In this document: piece by piece, positions 62,115 through 64,000 of the stretch
Layout of the letters: each line of letters starts with the position of its first letter
How positions within the stretch are numbered: position 1 is the first letter of the stretch
DNA from: Candidatus Iainarchaeum sp.
Lineage (GTDB): Archaea > Micrarchaeota > Micrarchaeia > Anstonellales > Bilamarchaeaceae
DNA length: 64,000 bases
Reading direction: 5' to 3'
NCBI GenBank assembly: GCA_028686985.1
Contig: JAQUBA010000002.1
Span: 20,745 to 84,744, forward strand
The notes under the pieces: generated by a model
Database searches by the model: none
The model's input: the letters and a program-made list of their open reading frames with translations, nothing else
Told to the model about the DNA's origin: nothing
Translations under genes and position numbers: made by a program

Positions 62115-63269
62115 TCATATGTTTGATACGCACAGTTGCCCCATGGATGCGTCCTCCACGTATTCGCAGTAGGTCGCATCGTTCTTCTGGTCCGCGAGGT
62201 TCATGAAGCACCTGTCCTTCCATTCCTTCATTTCCACATTGTTGCAGTCCCAGAACTCCAGCTCCGGCGATGCCAGCACCACGTATGCGTAGCAGTTTGT
62301 CTGCACCACCGAGGCGTAGGGCAGGTAGTTGCATGCGGACGCCTGGTAGAACTTCCTTGCGAAGCCGTCAAAGCATAGGTTGGAGGATACCTCGGCGCGG
62401 CTGTCTATCGCCTGGCACGCGCTTACGTCCCTCATTGCTAGGGAATAGTTGCTGAGGCACTTCCACCTGTTGTTCAGCTCCAATATGTTGCACAGGTCTT
62501 TGTTCTGGTTCTCCACCGCGAAGTGGAGGAAGCACTGGTATGCGATGTCGCTCTCGTACAGGCCGTCTATGCTGTAGCAGTAATTCACGCTGTCCTTGCC
62601 GAGCGCCATCATATAATAGCATAAATTCTTGTTTGAGTCCGCCGCGAGGCCGGGGCACGGATTTGTCCCCCGTATTATGCCGACGCAGACCGCCTCCTTT
62701 ATGGTGTTCTGGATTCCCGCGCAGGCAGCGGCATCCATCGTCTCCGTCGCGAAGTCAAAGAAACACTCGTCGTCTTTGCAGTGGCTTGAGTCGTTCGTGA
62801 GGAACGCGTAGCACCTTCCCCTCTCGTTCTCGTCCGCCTCCATCGTGCACGGGGGCGACAATTCTATTATGCACGCCTGCAGCTCCTCGCCCCTGAGCAT
62901 GTCGCACACGGAAATGTCCCGCAGCGCCCTCGCGTGGTGCCACAGGCAGCCCTTTCTCACCTCATAATTGCCAAGCATCATGCAGTTCTGCAGCGAGAGG
63001 TTGGAGAGCTGCAGCAGGCACGCGTCCTGGGCCTCCATGGATACCTTGAGGCAATAATAGGCATTGCCCTCCTCCAGCGCCTTCTGCGCCCACTGCGCAT
63101 CGGTGAATTCCTCCTGGCTCGTGCTAGCCGTTCCGTTGCCGGTTTCCGCGCCTATGACGCTTATGGTCGGCCCTTCCTCCCCAGGGGAGGACGGCTGCTG
63201 CCCGTTGTCCGTGCATCCGAATAGAAGAAACAAGCTCGCCAATACCAGGAACAAATGCAAACCCCGCAT
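62115..63269 (-). CDS. Cys-repeat lipoprotein
   Basis: LFLLFGC lipobox; about 10 repeats of C..I.....C(F/Y)...A......C. Confidence 0.85.
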   Translation of the reverse strand: MRGLHLFLVLASLFLLFGCTDNGQQPSSPGEEGPTISVIGAETGNGTASTSQEEFTDAQWAQKALEEGNAYYCLKVSMEAQDACLLQLSNLSLQNCMMLGNYEVRKGCLWHHARALRDISVCDMLRGEELQACIIELSPPCTMEADENERGRCYAFLTNDSSHCKDDECFFDFATETMDAAACAGIQNTIKEAVCVGIIRGTNPCPGLAADSNKNLCYYMMALGKDSVNYCYSIDGLYESDIAYQCFLHFAVENQNKDLCNILELNNRWKCLSNYSLAMRDVSACQAIDSRAEVSSNLCFDGFARKFYQASACNYLPYASVVQTNCYAYVVLASPELEFWDCNNVEMKEWKDRCFMNLADQKNDATYCEYVEDASMGQLCVSNI

Positions 63270-63462
63270 GGGCGGGTTTTCTCCAAAAAAGGATATAAAC
63301 ATATGCAAATGCCGCTGGTGAACCCCCCGCAGCCCGGAGGCCCCAGCATTAGGTGCAATAATCCTTTCCCTCCCCATTCGTGGAAGGTAATAAGTATGGA
63401 AAGTTGCGTTTCTCCCTCTCCGACGTGAAATGTTCGGTATATAAATATGCTGCTACTAACTA

Positions 63463-63531
63463 TCCTGCCCAATCAATTTGGGCTGTGGGAGGTGAGGTGG
63501 AGCCGGCTGGTTGGTCTACCATCTCACTTTC
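63463..63531 (+). ncRNA. Putative small structured RNA
   Basis: TATATAAA ~20 bp upstream, two hairpins, pyrimidine tract downstream; G-U pairs favour + strand. Confidence 0.35.
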
Positions 63532-63544
63532 ATCTTTACTCTTT

Positions 63545-63868
63545 CTAATGCGTGCCCATCGCGTTGATTAGCTCCTGCTGCAGGTCGTATCCGGCAAGCT
63601 TCAGCAGGGAGAAGATGATGAGCTTCAGCACGTAATATGCCACCATGAACAGGATGAGCACTGCCACGTACCTCATCCAGTCAGGCCTTCCTTTCATGAA
63701 ATGCACGCCATTCACCGCATTATGCATGGCACTCCAGATCTTGTCCCTGAAGAGGAGCAGCGCGCCGAAAATCAGCGCGAACAACAGGAGTATCGTGGGC
63801 GGCATGCCCCCTGCGTATAGTGCAAAGAGCATGAGTCCGATAAGGGCAGCCCTGAGCCATTGGTTCAT
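63545..63868 (-). CDS. Small membrane protein
   Basis: Three hydrophobic segments. Confidence 0.7.
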   Translation of the reverse strand: MNQWLRAALIGLMLFALYAGGMPPTILLLFALIFGALLLFRDKIWSAMHNAVNGVHFMKGRPDWMRYVAVLILFMVAYYVLKLIIFSLLKLAGYDLQQELINAMGTH

Positions 63869-63923
63869 ACGTATCTATTGCTACCATTTGCTTTTTATTT
63901 ACTATCAGTGGAATTCCATTTTA

Positions 63924-64000
63924 GCAGGGGTGGCGGAGCCTGGAAAACGCGCCAGACTCAAGATTCCCGAATGTGGGAGGAGCCATCTGGTGGCCTAGCG
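63924..64000 (+). tRNA. tRNA-Leu(CAA) with 22-nt intron at 37/38 (63963-63984), truncated by window end
   Basis: GCAGGGGTGGCGGAGCCTGG..CCAGA-CT-CAA-G [intron] A-TCTGG then variable arm. Confidence 0.88.

Noticed and set aside
63300-63540. SRP RNA or RNase P RNA
   Set aside because: Lacks the SRP helix 8 GGAA/AGCAG motif and the RNase P P4 consensus
1-64000. CRISPR array, IS element or rRNA
   Set aside because: No regularly spaced direct repeats, transposase motifs or rRNA signatures seen by eye

Overview
GC-rich (by eye ~55-60%), gene-dense archaeal DNA. It is most consistent with a DPANN/Micrarchaeota-type genome; this is inferred from archaeal r-proteins, KGQ-type class III signal peptides, Cys-repeat lipoproteins and many orphans, not proven. 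The housekeeping flanks carry prs-pyrI-pyrB, tmk, tRNA-Glu plus an AT-rich islet and a RelE-type TA pair, rfcS, ileS, eno, a Ubl-TtuA fusion, valS, an NCS2 permease, a TPR-AAA ATPase, pyrC, a CBS-HPF-like protein, scpAB, uL16, a SUF locus, rpl18e-rpl13-rps9-rpoN-tRNA-Pro-rps2 and an intron-containing tRNA-Leu. The standout is a ~21 kb orphan cluster (34.2-55.0 kb) built from two interleaved paralogue families. Family A proteins are signal-less, strongly Lys-depleted and modular, sharing a repeated strand-helix domain. Family B proteins are beta-rich, and most have long Arg-containing signal peptides. At the core is a three-gene operon encoding a 1580-aa protein, a protein ending in an outer-membrane-like beta-barrel, and a secreted Cys-rich Ig-like protein. 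This is a candidate undescribed host-contact/effector system. All assignments come from reading the sequence by eye; no database searches were run.
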